Shown here: one piece after another, positions 14,601 to 28,600 of the stretch | Position numbering within the stretch: position 1 is the stretch's first letter | Layout of the letters: each line of letters starts with the position of its first letter | DNA from: Bugula neritina | Lineage: Eukaryota > Animalia > Bryozoa | Assembly: GCA_964035545.1 (NCBI GenBank) | Contig: OZ037770.1 | Location: 14,684,642 to 14,748,641, forward strand | Reading direction: 5' to 3' | Length of the DNA: 64,000 nt | Translations under genes and position numbers: made by a program | Notes under the pieces: generated by a model | Told to the model about the DNA's origin: nothing | The model's database searches: none | What the model saw: the letters and a program-made list of their open reading frames with translations, nothing else

Positions 14601-16947
14601 ATTAACTTTCTATTATTGTGCCAATATAATCATATTATATACACACAATTATGGCACCTACGATGGCACTTATAATTATAACACTCTAATTCTCCTTATA
14701 TTCTGTAATCAAATGTGTTGCAACTTTATTATGCTGTCAGCCAAAATAGTATATTGCTATATACAAAAAATTCTCCGTGGAAAATTTTGATAGAATTAAT
14801 GGGCCAGAAGTTCATAAAGATTAAGTTGTGCAAAAGCTGCAGGAATTGAAACCATAGTCCTGTCATTTTTGGCTCTGTCGGTGATGATTAGGTTTGTAAC
14901 AATTTCATATAGCAAAAAGTTTAGTTCATTATTTGCCAAGTAAAACAAAATGATTGCATAGCTCAATGAATTTAACTCTATTTTTAGCTGTACATTGAAT
15001 AGAAGAAACTATGGCTAGTTGTGTTTACTTAATTGTGCTGCCAACGCGTTCCTAGCAAGGAGGCATAACTCTGCCTGCTGCAGAAGTTTGAAAAAACTTT
15101 TTTCCGAGATTTGAATCCTTCTAAATTAATTATTTAAGTTTTTCAACTTTTCTCATACCTATCAGTTTAGTTTTCCGTAATTATTTTAAACTTCTGAGCA
15201 AGCTGCTGTAAAATTAAGCTAATAAAATCAAGTTATAACAAGCAATTAAATAAGTTTTAAGTTATATCTCACCAGCTTCTTTCAACGTGATAGCTTTAAC
15301 ACTAAATTAATTACTATATGGAGCTTGCAATAACTTGCAATTAGCTGATGGTGCAATTGATTAGAAACTGTGAACACTGCGTAAATTGTTACAATGTCCA
15401 TAAAATTGCTTCTCCCTACGCAACATAATATAGTATATATATATAATATTATCCTACAATATATAATATAATTCGATGTAGTACGGTCTGAAAGTATATA
15501 CATATCAAATTACTCCTAAATATTATCAATCAGTCATAGGCTCATTGATGCGTCCACAACATTCTAACGAATATAAGTCAAGTATAAATGAAATATTAAA
15601 TTATATGAGTATATGAGTCTATAGTAATATTTTTCATGGCACCGCCCTTGCTTTGCTTGCATAAATATGCCTATTCTATTGCAATACTTTATTACAACAC
15701 ATTATATTAGCAATATTATTGTTGGAAACACTCGAGGGAGATCAGAGAAAGCGGAAGTGTGGAGGAGTGAGTTGCAGGGACTAGTAAAACTGCCTCTCTG
15801 ATGCGAAGAAGGCAGCGAGTGCTGACCACTACATTATGACATCACTAAGGTGCCTTGCATTCCTTCAATTTCCTCATCACTGCTTGCAGTGTTTTCAAAT
15901 GGTTACAAACAGTAAATACACGCTTGGCTTTAATGAGATGAAAATATTAGGCTAGGCTTACAAAGTAAACAAGAATATCAGTGATACGTATAGAATATAA
16001 ACTACATAATATTTCTTTAAGGAATATTATGGAGGGTGGAATATCTACCGAATTGGTTTAGGAGATCCTGGAGTAATTTTGTATTGCTAGTCTTTTGCAA
16101 AGTTATTTAATATGCTCAAGTATTTAGCAAGAGGTTACAATCTTTGTGATCCTATAGCAATTCTATGGCATAAGACATTAGTTTCTATAAACTGAAAAGT
16201 TTGAGACTTGTGATTAATATATATAGTGTTCATACATATAACTGATCTATAGGAGTTACTAATAATTTGGTTTGATAAAGTGAGATGTAACACTTGCATA
16301 TGCTTATTGTTTTTTTCGTAGTGAAATAAATGCAATTTTGATTTTATTACAACCTTCAATCATTACATATTTTGCAGCATGTAAAGCTTTTTATAGCTTA
16401 AATGGATAGAATGCTATACAACGTAAATGTTGCTTAAGCTAATTATTAAATAGCTACTCAATGAATTTAAATTTTACAAGACGAGTATTTTAATAATTTC
16501 TAATTTTTATTTATTTTATAAAAGTATATCAATGGTTGTAAACATGATGTTTAGTATATAAAGAGACATTTTTAATAATTTATATTGACTTGGGAAGTTC
16601 ATTATTTTGACAATTTTCTTTATAAAATACAAAAAGCTGTATCTAAACCAACATCAAATTATAGGGCATCATAATTTTTAACATTTGTACAAGTGAATCA
16701 GAAAGAAAAATATTATACAATACAAAAACACATCTTTTAAATTATAATTATATATTCAAATTCTATATTGTACGTGTTAGTTGTATAACTGCAGGCTATA
16801 TCAATTTGCTGTTATTAATAACTGTAAATATTTTTACAATATCTTATTTACAAAATACAATAATAATTGTTAAATAAAACTTTTACAAATTATTCAATAA
16901 TGACAATTCAATTGTAGAGAGAAGGAGTTTGGTTTATTTGTAGGAAT

Positions 16948-18358
16948 TTAGCAGTGGGAGTTGTTCTCTATACACTGATAACAGTTCTGAGAAAAATTGT
17001 AGGAATACTCTACAGGTTCTCTAACAAGAGCACAAGCTGCTCTACAGTCTTCCATAGAGACATTGGATGATGTCACAGGCAATATAATGTTCTCCAACTC
17101 CTCCTTCAACTCTACAGAGAAAAATATTATTGAAGTAAACAGAAATGGCGAGTTTCCTTTATAGCATCAATACTTATGAACTGTAGAAACCATTAATTGT
17201 TATGTCATCAATGTTATTTGCTATGAAAAACATCATGTAATCTGAGTGAGAAACTCAAATACATTAGTTTTTTTTAAGAAGCTAAGAACTTATGAAGATG
17301 AGGCACAGAAGCAATTATAATATGACTGAATGCTCTTCCTAACATCACCAATATGGCCTTTACTGGGGATCGAACCACCGCCCTATAGTTTATTAAGCCA
17401 AGACTCTTGTAATCACTACAGTACAGCTGCTCTCAACTTACTTCTACTATTAAAAGCTTTATACTAGTACAGGTATTTTGCTTTGAACACAATTTGAAAA
17501 GGCTGTTACACTCTAGTTATTAAGATGATTATATAATTCATGTTATTAAGTAATCTGAAGTTAGTATTTAGTATTTCATGTCGTTAAGGTAGAGTGTATA
17601 CTTTTATGAATGCCTGTGTCGATAGCCGGTAAAGTATCTGTAAATAATCATGCAGTTAATCCCAGTTAGTAGAAGTATATTATTATTATATATATATAAT
17701 TATACTATTATATATACCATAGACTTTGAACCCACCATTTCTGATGTTAATCCAGAGGTGTGAGTAGCAATAGTAACACATTGCGTCGCACACAAAGGCA
17801 GTCTTGCTGAAAGACTGTTTGTCATTAAACTTTAGCAACTCCTGGTAATATTCTGCAAGCTGTGTCCTCCCTTCTTTAGTGGTGATTAGATCCTAAAATT
17901 GATGGAAGCTGTGTGGTAATTTTAGCTTTTTGTTGCTTCAAAATTCCAATTGTTTAAATAAAACCTACTAAATTTGGCTGGCTATAAAATTAGTATAACA
18001 TTAGCTGAATATATTATGAAAATAATTCCAGCTGCCTTAATCTATTCTGGAATGTAATGATTCTAAATAATAATAGTGAGCATAGTGGCAGGTTTTTTCA
18101 AGAAAAATGTAATAAATAAAATAACCTTATACAAAGAGTCCCCAAAAGTATCCATAACTACTAATTTTAAAAAAGCTACAGCTTTATTTCATGTTATTAA
18201 AACATCGGAATTACGAGTATAAAATGTTTACAATAGGATAGACCTAAACTTACCCTGTAAGCATTTACTCTTGGGGAAGGCATGCAGCATACCCCCATCC
18301 CAAGCTGTAGAACAATGAGTATCAGGCAATGGAACTTGACACAGTATATGAGAGACAT
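16948..18358 (-). CDS. Secreted cysteine-rich protein or possible peptide-hormone precursor, ~147 aa; exons 18358-18254, 17892-17718, 17111-16948
   Basis: MSLIYCVKFHCLILIVLQLGMGVCC (signal-like) MPSPRVNAYR/DLITTKEG...VCDAMCYYCYSHLW...KVY/ELKEEL...DCRAAC...NCYQCIENNSHC*. Canonical in-phase splice sites; AATAAA just after the stop. Confidence 0.8.
17301..17433 (-). mobile_element. tRNA-derived SINE-like repeat, family B
   Basis: tRNA-like head plus core GGTGATGTTAGGAAGAGCATTCAGTCAT...TTGCTTCTGTGCCTCA, shared with copies at about 29272 and 55686. Confidence 0.7.
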
Positions 18359-21005
18359 GATGCAGCTCTCCAACTATAGAATAATAAAAATCTTTATAAT
18401 ATTACGTAAAATTCCTCTTGAAATAGAATGTTCTAGATCAGTTAAACAGAAGCTGTGTAGGTTAGAAGCAAATAGTCTTGATACCACAATGGTTACTGGA
18501 GGGTCACTAAGATATGAGACAAATGGTCAACTCACGTTGTTTTATATGTCTGAAATCTATATAGAGATTGTTCGTTGACAAATCAGATTATATCAACATT
18601 GTTGACAAGGTATTAAATTATCCAATAGACTCGGCATACAGCTTTGGTAACTGGCCAATCATATTCTTTCAAACTATCACCACCTGGTATTATGCTGCTA
18701 TGACTAGTACGGTTATGACTATCATACATACTTGATAATACACTATTTATCACCATTACCACACAAACTTATAGGTTTAAAACTTTTGTTTCTTATAATA
18801 GAGAAATAGAAACCTTATTTTACAATCTGGTCTATCATTTTTTTGTGTAAAAACAAACTGCACAACTAAGAAGTTTCAGTGTTCATTGTAAAACACTAGA
18901 TATGTTATTAGAAGTGTGCGAGTGTGTGTGTGAAACTATGGTAAAATTTATTGTTATAACATTCTCCTATTAGTTTCATATATTTTCCATATTTTTTGTA
19001 TAGAAAGATAAAAGTTGTGACAAAAATATTTTACTCAATAATTAAGCTGTAAATTTTTTGCTAACCGCATCAATGGTTTCATTAGACTGATCGCTTGTCA
19101 AATTAAAATTAGCTCTATACATTCTACCAATTGTTGACCTGCTCTCTCTTTTTAGCTAATCTGCAAATGATGTAATTCGCTGTCTATTCCATGCTATTCT
19201 TAGATGCACTAGCCAACATAGCTGACTCTAGATTCTATAAAGAATGGTTAAATAAAACGCATAAATACTAGAAAGATCAAATTCCAAGCTCCAATATAAT
19301 GTTATAATAAATGCACCCACGTCGCACAAGAAATTCGCGTAACGTCAATTAAATTAGCATATATAAATTTTGCCCCCATACAGTTTGAGAACAAGACCTA
19401 GAGCATTGGTATATTGCTTGGCAATAAATATGCAAAACTATATCTTATATTACACCTGTAATATCTTCCCAGGAACTAAACTAAATAGTATACTTTCATA
19501 TTCCACAGTCGAACACACCTTTATTCATAGCTTGGTATGCGTTCTTTAAGATTTTTAGTTGTTGCTTTGATGTAAATTGTAACCCGTGTAAGTGATGACA
19601 TAATAGTATTATGAGTTTAAGCATTTACTGATTTCAACCAATAGAGAACTTTGTTATCCACACACCTCTTTCCCACCTGTTACTATTTTCATGACTAATC
19701 AAATTTCAATGCTTTTCTAAGAAAAATAACTTTATATTAAATTGAGAAATTTTACAAGTTTTGATTACCACAATTTGTCAATAAAGTGTTCCTGTACAAC
19801 ATTACGAGTGTTACAGAACAATGGGCTTTGCCCACAAAAGTGCCATAATATCTTGGCAGTGAGCCAGCCTTTATTAAAGTGACCTTCGGCAGCAGGGGAG
19901 AACTCATCCACCCACTTGATGGATGTTGAATTAGTTGCGACTATCACAAGCCGTAGTGGTACCTAATGCACGGCATTATGGATGTACAGCTAAAGTGCAG
20001 AAAGGATTATTGCAACATTTGCATCAGGTCTTTTTGGCATACGGAGGTTTGCTGACTCTGTGCCAAGTTAGTTTAGTCGGCAGCAGGGAATGAGAAATAT
20101 CTGTTCCAGATGCTGTCAGCTAATTTAATATTACAGACTGTGTCATCAGCCAAAAGCAATATTACACCACAGACAAGTGTCTGCAGGTGGTTTGCTACCC
20201 AAGAACTACAACTCCCTTACATCATAAACTAGGCGTATCATAATTACTTTCACCTACTTTAGCAGCAAAAAGGAAAGTTATAAGGTATCACGCTGTTTGT
20301 AACACGAGAATAACTAATTTTGCTATAAATTATGAATTTATACTAACTGAATTTATACCGATTCTATATGCCCAAATGAAGTCAACATAAATTTATTCAC
20401 AACAGTTTATTACAATAACTTAGAGACAAAATATTATGCTGGGTAACAAGGTAAAACATTTAAAAACAATAACATGCATAGCCTAGGGGTTCTGTCTAAC
20501 GATTTTGATTATAATGAATTTACACATAAATATACAAAAAAGACAAAAAGTGGCAACAGGCCATTGTATGACAACACTATACACAAATTGGTGAAACATT
20601 TACAAAAGAAAACTTGCTATAAATAAAAAAAGCAGATTTATAAGTTTTCACTAGTCTTACATACAAATTCACTATATTGACGGACATCTTGCAAGAGTAT
20701 CAATATTTATAGAAATTGGCAAAAACAATTTTGACAATGAACTAGCTTTATGATACAATATTTTCACAGCATTTTCAAAAAATGGAGTGCGATAAAATAT
20801 ATTCCCCATCATTTATTTATTTAGCCACCAATGTGAGAATAAAGGTCTACCTGCAGCACACATCACCATACTACATGATCAAAACTTCTAGAATCTCAAC
20901 GTTCACCCAATGGTAACTTAGAAACCAAGAAATAATTTAAATGCTAATGTTTAGGGATTGTCGGCATAGCAACCAGTTGTAACTTCACAGAAAATGAGGT
21001 AAAGC

Positions 21006-23883
21006 CTAGTCTGATTTCAGGCGAACGTCTTCAAGGTTGGACGCTGACTGCATATGAATGACGAGTCGGCAGCAGAGAAGGAGGCCGAAGATGAGAGCCC
21101 CGGTGTAGTGTTTGATATCGTCTTCTAGTGCGAAGTGCGTGTAGATGGCGCCAATCATGAGTATGATGAGAGTGACGTTGGCAAACACCTTGAGTCGTCC
21201 TACACATCAACAGGAAACAGATTACCACACGGAGGAGACAACTCATAAAACTAGCCAATAGGCAAACACGACAAAACTAAGTAAATTTAATAAATATACG
21301 CAACATTAATCACAACTTCAATATCTTTGAAGCTTTAGATAAAAAAAATTTGTTTTATATTTATTTCTTTGAACAACTTGGCAAAAAAATGTTCGATATA
21401 CATGTATTCGATGAAGCGGAGAATACACCAAATAAGGGTTGTAGCCTTGAATAAACTGGCCAGCCCATGCTCAGTGAGTCAGAGACGGCTTAGATAAGAA
21501 AAGATAACTCCCTCGCCTAGTTTACACAATGATACAAATAAAGATAGAAGAGAAAATAGTAGAAGACAAGAGGAGATAGGAGAGCTGAAGGTAACTGATA
21601 AGATGTCTTCAATGCAGACGTGATCGGAAATTCTTCCGCTGCTGGCAGTTTGCCAAATACGAATAGCTTATCAACTGCCCACCTGATACTGAAAATGTTG
21701 AAATACAGACTGAAAACTGTTTTTGCTGCTCTTTGGAACTTAGGCCATAGCAGTAAGGTCAGCCGAATTCATTAATAACCCATTCACTCTGTATATTTCA
21801 ATGCAATTATGAATTCCATTCCTTTGCATTAAGACTTGGCAATGAGAAAGGGTAAGATAAGAGGATGTTGAAATATTTACAACAAATTAATTTCATAGGT
21901 GTCTGTGGCATAGAGGAAGCTTGTCTGTAGAGGTCGTTTGAGATTTGACCTTGGAAATAAACCAGTTTGATCCAGTGATAAATCTATTACATTGTTTGCT
22001 TAAAATAGAAATGTTGCCGACATAATAGAAATGATAAGCAAAACTGCCAAATACTATTTTTTCACACATGTTCATAGTGTGCGCACAGCACTTAGGAATT
22101 ATTTTCCTTTATATTATGCAATCTCATCAGAGCCGTCCTAATTAAACAAAGTTTAAAATAAGTTAACAGAAGAAATAATTTATTACGAAAAATCAGAATG
22201 GGAACACTACTAATTCAAACGGAAAGGGTACAAACCCTACATTAAAATTCCAGTATTGAACCATGGAGTACACTCAGAATAGAGAAAGAACATAACTCCA
22301 ATACTTCTCACCAACTATTATGAAATTAACTCAAAGATATTTAGCTGTACTTAATCAAACCACATTGAAAAACACGTGTGTGGGCCGAGAAAGATTGGTT
22401 GGTAAAATTCATAAAAGAAGTTGTGTGTCATTTCAACAACAATGAGTTATGCACGACATATGTAATATACAGAAATTTAGAAAATTGTTTTTTAAATTGA
22501 GAAAAAACTTTGTGAACTCTGCAGCATTTGGTTTTAGGCAACAGACATCCAAATCCACTAGCCTTTCAAATAAAACCTCAAAGATTCTCAAACATTTCAG
22601 CTTTCAAAACCAAAATGGTTGCAGAGCTGCCATTGCTTGCAAACTTAGACAAGAAGTTTCCAGAAGTAAGTGAGACACTGACCGGGAATAAACATGAGAA
22701 TGAGACCGCACACAAGCTCCACGGTGCCAATCATTCGTCTGTATTCACTGGTCTTAGGCCGCCAGCCCGTCTGCTTGTAGAACGGGAAAACAGTCCTTGC
22801 TCTTTTAAAGTTGGATTTCTACAATGTGTTGCATAATACAGAGTACAACATGAATAGTCAAAGTAAGCCAAAACTTTTTCTAGAATTTAGCTTGCGAAAC
22901 AAAAAATCTTAGCACTTAATCGCAGTCTTTTAGTCAATGTCATTGTTATACTATTATTATAACTTCAGTAAAATAACAATCCAAACTTCTTACATAGTGC
23001 TAATGGCTTTAGGGTGATGTTACTACTAGTTTGAAACTACTTGCAGACAAGCTAAAGCTGTACAAACAGCACAATGACAATACACAGTTAATCATTAATG
23101 TTATACTAATACTTATTGCTTGTTCTAAAATAAATTTCTTAAAGCCTCTTGATAAACTGTTTTATTAATTAATTAAACCAGTTTTGAAATTATTGTTATT
23201 GCAGCAAAATGATCTTCACCTTGACAATGACTGCAGCAAACTACTAATACCACGACTAGTAGCAGTACTACTAGCAGTAGTACTACTACTAGCAGTAGTA
23301 CTACTACTAGTACTAGGCTACTAGGTTCATCATTTAGATTTAGTGATTTATTTCATACTTGTCCAGTCTGCACCTGTGAACAATTAATATTTTAATTTAT
23401 ATTAATACTTAGTATTAATATAAATATTAATTGTTCACATGTTCAGACTGGACAAGTATGAACTTGAAGTATTATCATATATAATATTAATATAAATTAT
23501 ACTAATAGTAATACCAAGTCTAATAGTAATACTAATTAGTAATAGTAATAGTAATACTAATAGTATTACTATTAGTTATTACTATTAATAATTAGTATTA
23601 CTAATAGTAATATTTATATTAATACTATATTATCATTTTGACTATGATTATCAAAAACATAATAATAATGTTTCATCGTTATCACAACCATAATGATAAT
23701 GATAATAAAAAAACATTATATTTATATATTAATATATTATTTGAATAAAAAAAATGACGATGATCGTACCATTTCTTTGTGCATTTCAGGACTAACGGCG
23801 GGTGTGAGCTTTATAATACCAATTAGAACAAAAAGTAATCCAAGTGTAACAGAAAGTGCAAAAACAGCCACATTTCGAGCCAT
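21006..23883 (-). CDS. TMEM35A: NACHO / TMEM35 nicotinic acetylcholine receptor chaperone, ~147 aa; exons 23883-23770, 22818-22683, 21199-21006
   Basis: MARNVAVFALSVTLGLLFVLIGIIKLTPAVSPEMHKEM/KSNFKRARTVFPFYKQTGWRPKTSEYRRMIGTVELVCGLILMFIP/GRLKVFANVTLIILMIGAIYTHFALED...ALIFGLLLCCRL matches TMEM35A motifs (GxIKLTP, IGxxEvxCG, ALvFGxLLxCRL). Confidence 0.92.
23352..23462. repeat. ~110-bp near-perfect palindrome (foldback) in NACHO intron 1
   Basis: TTCATACTTGTCCAGTCTGCACCTGTGAACAATTAATATT ... AATATTAATTGTTCACATGTTCAGACTGGACAAGTATGAA, with a palindromic centre. Confidence 0.9.
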
Positions 23884-25694
23884 TTTATCACGGTAGAAAG
23901 CAGCTATAATGCTGACAGTGAGACTAAAATTTGTATTCAGTCCGAGTCTGACTGTCGCGCTCACTTAGACAAAGGACAAAAGAAGGGAGGTATGAAATAG
24001 TAATTGATCCAAAGCTGCACGCGTTATGTATTGGATACTGTACAAGTACCGTCGACATAGACTTTGACTTTTGTAAGATCATAAGCTAATTTATTGACCT
24101 TGACTTCAAAAAACAATATGCAAGTCAAAGAGGACAACTCTTTACTGATTTGTCCCATTTCTAATTAATGTTTTTGGTATTCAGGCTCCTTGTGCTATAA
24201 AAAGGTTTACATTGGCACCTAATTTCAAAACAATTACTTCAAGTTTTAGTGAAGCATATTATTTTTCTGCGTATAATCTTACTTATTAGCATTTTATAGT
24301 TGACAATCCTGAACACTATTAACTACAATTCTTATAATTACTCTTGGCTAGCTTAATGCGCTAACAGTAGCTTCATATGCAAATTAGGCTACTCCTGCAA
24401 ATATTAATATGTATATTACATAATGATTGAGATAATATGTTTATAATAAGGGTTATTGATACTATATATAAGTTAATTGTCAGATACTGCAGCATAAGAT
24501 GTGTAAATTAATTAATTTGTCTATGGTCATAATTCATCAAACAATTGTTAGAAGAGCTTTGATTGTTTTAATGACAGCCTATATAAAAGTATTGTTTAAA
24601 TTCATGACAAATAATCAGTAGAAGTGCTGATGTGTAAAAAAGCAGATAACTTAAAAAGAGCTAACAAAATAAAATAATAAATTATTAATATTTTGGCTCA
24701 TTAATGATTAAATTTATAAAAAATATCTCAATTATTAGGAACTCCTCAGGAAGTAGAATTTTAAACTGTGACTTGAACCTGCAAAATTGCAGAAACTAAT
24801 AAAATATTTCAGGGCAATACTACTATTAGTTACAGCTTCTAATGCCAACATAGTTTCATAAAAATTATACACTTTGGTTGAAATTTATCACACGCAAAAC
24901 ATTTGCCAAGAAAGTTATTTTAAAAATATCATTTAGTAGCAGTAGTGGAGAAAATGAGATACCCAAAGTTCTTTAAATTTCTTTATAAATTTAAAGAACT
25001 TTAATAAGAACGCTTACAAAAATCAACTATACTCATTTTATGTTTTTGTTGGAGCATTAGTGTAATATTGTGTTTGCAAATTGCTCAAGTAGTTTTGACA
25101 GTGCCAACTAGCTGCAAGCTAGCCAAGTATATTTAAGAAAAAAAGCAATAAACAAGTTTTAGCATAACACTGTTCAGAGGTTCTAAAGATAAGATGTATT
25201 CTAAAAAGTCTGTGGTTTATAATTACAGTTGCAGCAAGTAGATTTCTTGATAATCGGTAATTCAGTAGCTGCAGCTGAGGTAATTGGTGTATTTTGCACC
25301 CAGCTAGGCATCATTTACTAAAGAAAAGATGTAATCAGATGGGAAATGCTATAATCTTGCCCCACCTATGGATACTGGCACTATTATTAAACAGAGTTGA
25401 GACAGATTCCCTGCTTATTTGTGATTTGCATGAGGAATAGAATCAGTTATTGTGTAACACTTCCATGACTGGTGCAGTTGAGAAAGGTAAGTCTGTACAA
25501 GCATTCTAAAACAATGATATAAATGAAAACAAATATTTTAATCTAACAAAGTAAATTCACAATAAACAATGTTATATAATGCATAATATACAATGAAATA
25601 AAAGCTAATTTTGGTATCTGAATATATAATATAATCTTCTATCCAACTGCTCTCATATCTATGACAGAGTTGGTTTAGTACACGTGTACTGGCA

Positions 25695-28600
25695 ATGTAT
25701 AGCAGCATGAAGATAGCATTTCTCCTACTGGCTCTCAGCGCAGCCGCCTTGGCTTGCTTTAACCATAAGAGTTGTGAAACCTGCACCAATTCTACCAAGA
25801 ATATGCTCTTCTTAAGAGTGAAGTGTCAGTGGTGCCCTCTATCTCAATCTTGTCATGCGAAAGGATCGCGTTAGTATTCTTTACTCAGAGTAAGTATTCT
25901 CTACTTAGAGTAAGTATTGTCTACTTAAAGTAAGTATTCTCTACTTAGAGTAAGTATTCTCTACTTAGAGTAAGTATTCTCTACTTAGAGTAAGTATTTT
26001 CTACTTAGAGTAAGTACGTTACTGTAAACTGTATCAGTAGGTCAACTAAAGCTAACTACATTTCGAGTAAGTATTTTGATACCGTATTTACTGTTATTGT
26101 AAACTGATGGTCAGTTTAACTGTATGCCAATTATTCATGATATAATTATTCTGTGTGCAAGAAGCAAAATCCTTCCTAGCTTGTCATATAATATAGCTTT
26201 ACATTCTGTTCCTCATAGTGCATAGTACTATAATGTTTTTACTCCCACGTTGATGTTGCTTTTATTGTTTATAAAAAGATTGTAATTGGCTTCTGATGTA
26301 TTTTTATCATTTAAAAAGCTTGCACTCTAATGCTACCATTGACTTGTCTTCCACATATACTATAATTATTACAGTATTATATTTTTTGACACCAATTGAC
26401 AAATTCATTTAATATTTTGCTTATTTCAATTTTAACTTAAAGTTTCAATTCGTAAGAGCCCATAATTTAATAAGGTACTTGTCTGCAAAAAGTGAAATTT
26501 CAACTAAAAACTTCAACTTAAATTCTTGTTATTTTTAAAATATTCTAGATGGCTATTATCAAATTTATAATAGGGTCAACAAATACTCTCAGATAAAAGG
26601 CAAGCCCCAATACAAAAGAGCTAGCACTAAAACTGAATTGATAAAAGTGTTAATTACTTTGGCCAAACAACTGTCATTTAAGTCTTAAAATCAAAAATTT
26701 ACTTCAACTTACAGGCACTATCATACACTATTGGTTTCTTTTAGTGCACAATGACTGCAAACCTAAGGATGGTTATGTCCTAACCTCGCCATCTCAGTGC
26801 GCTGCTGTGGCTGACCCTCCCATGAAATACGACAGCAAACTAGCAGAAGAACTTGCCAAGTGGTCATCTTTAGCTTACGTAGAGCCTGAAATATATAATA
26901 AAGAATCTATCCAATCAACTGTCTCAGAACAGTTTGATGGCGAATACCAGGTGAGGTTACAATTCTAGCCGACATCCCTGTTTTGCAGAGTATTTAAAAC
27001 TTTTACAAGCTTTAGGACTCTAAATAAAATTACAAGAATAGCTGTAAGTGTTAGCAGAATAACTGAACTCACATATATAAATCAGGTTTAACTTTTGCAT
27101 AAAAATGTAATTTAATTTTTGACTGAACTGCTTTTGTTATAATAATTATCAAAATTAAATCCTTTCTTCAAAACTATTACATAATTTTTGTACTCTTTTT
27201 CTACATGAAATATTAAACTTAGCTATTGGATATTTCAGGTGGTGGAGTACATTACAGTGGACTGCCCCTGGATATTTGATAATGATACCTGTACCGCAGT
27301 GATAGCCAGATCTGAACTGACCAATAGAATCATAGTGGCTATTGAAGGCACCAAATATCCTAACGATCTGATTGGACCAGCTAAGTTCTTCTTTGTTGAC
27401 CGAACACCTTTTGACCCAATTGGTGGGTTGGTGAGTAGCCTAAGCCCAATGAATTACTTTGTTAACTTTTTAATTCTAAATTAAGAAAGTTAAGTTATTT
27501 ATACTGCATATATTTCTGTTGGTAAAATGCAGGTGCTGCGATATCATAATAAAACCCACAAGGCGTTGTACCCCTGCGTGAAATCATTAGTAGAAGATCT
27601 TCTTGCACTTCAACCTTTCGCAGAGGTCATGGTGACTGGACATTCCATAGGTTAGACATCAATGAATATTATCTTCTTTAAGATGATGTGTATGCACTGT
27701 CTATTGCTTTGGTCATTGTTACTCCGGTAAAATAAATTTGCCTAAATTGCATGGAGTAGCTATTTTATAGCCTAATATCCTAAATGTTAGGTTACTGACT
27801 TTGTTATGCTTAGGGGGCTCTCAAGCACAGCTGATTGGAGCTAATTTAGTGAAAGATGGACTTGTCTCTAAGGCTAAGCTGCACGTCTATACTTTTGGCT
27901 CTCCAAGGGTGGGAACTAGGGAGTTTGCGTACAACTATGACAGAGTAAGTGGAGATAATTGGGCTAGACTGAGCTTCTAGCTGTATAATATGTGCGGGCT
28001 TTTTAAAGTAAAACAAAGTAACATGCCTACAGTTGTAAAACACAAGATCAACTACTGATAACATATACTGAGAAAATATATTTGAATTGATGCTAATTTT
28101 TCGTATTTTTTTAAACTTGAAAAAAAATTATTTGTTTGCAGAGGGGACAATTCCATTGAGTTTGAAAACTTGACTAATTCACTGTAGCTTGGGTTAGTTA
28201 CTTCAAAAATATTAATGCGTATTTTTATGTTTTAGCAAAATGAGATCAACACTTATAAGTTCATATTTATCATCATTAACATTTGAAACATTGTGTTACA
28301 TTATATTATATGCTTTATAACAATTTGTATTATCTATTTAATAATAAACCACATTATAAGGTCTATATTACACTGTATTAGACATGCTTTTTATTACATT
28401 ATTTTGCATGCTCTACAACACGTTATATCATATGCTTTGCATTTTACGTGCACAGAGGCATGTATTGGTCAAATATCACTGCCCCTACAAGTTAATTACT
28501 CTATTTAGGTTATAAGTTACATGAAGGCTGCTATATTTCTTACCTGCGATTGTCTGAATTTAGTTGATGGGCAACAGCTGGAGAGTGACAAGGGAAGACG

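Noticed and set aside
12000-16500. Short ORFs between the GT7 gene and the Cys-rich gene
   Set aside because: AT-rich, with no motifs and no consistent exon chain found
19765-20200. Relatively GC-rich stretch with a 60-aa ORF
   Set aside because: No recognisable product or splice chain; it may be regulatory or 3' UTR sequence, but this cannot be supported
22528-22836. 102-aa plus-strand ORF (also 18282-18578+, 25538-25798-, 36693-36887-, 46379-46561-)
   Set aside because: Antisense shadows of real exons on the opposite strand
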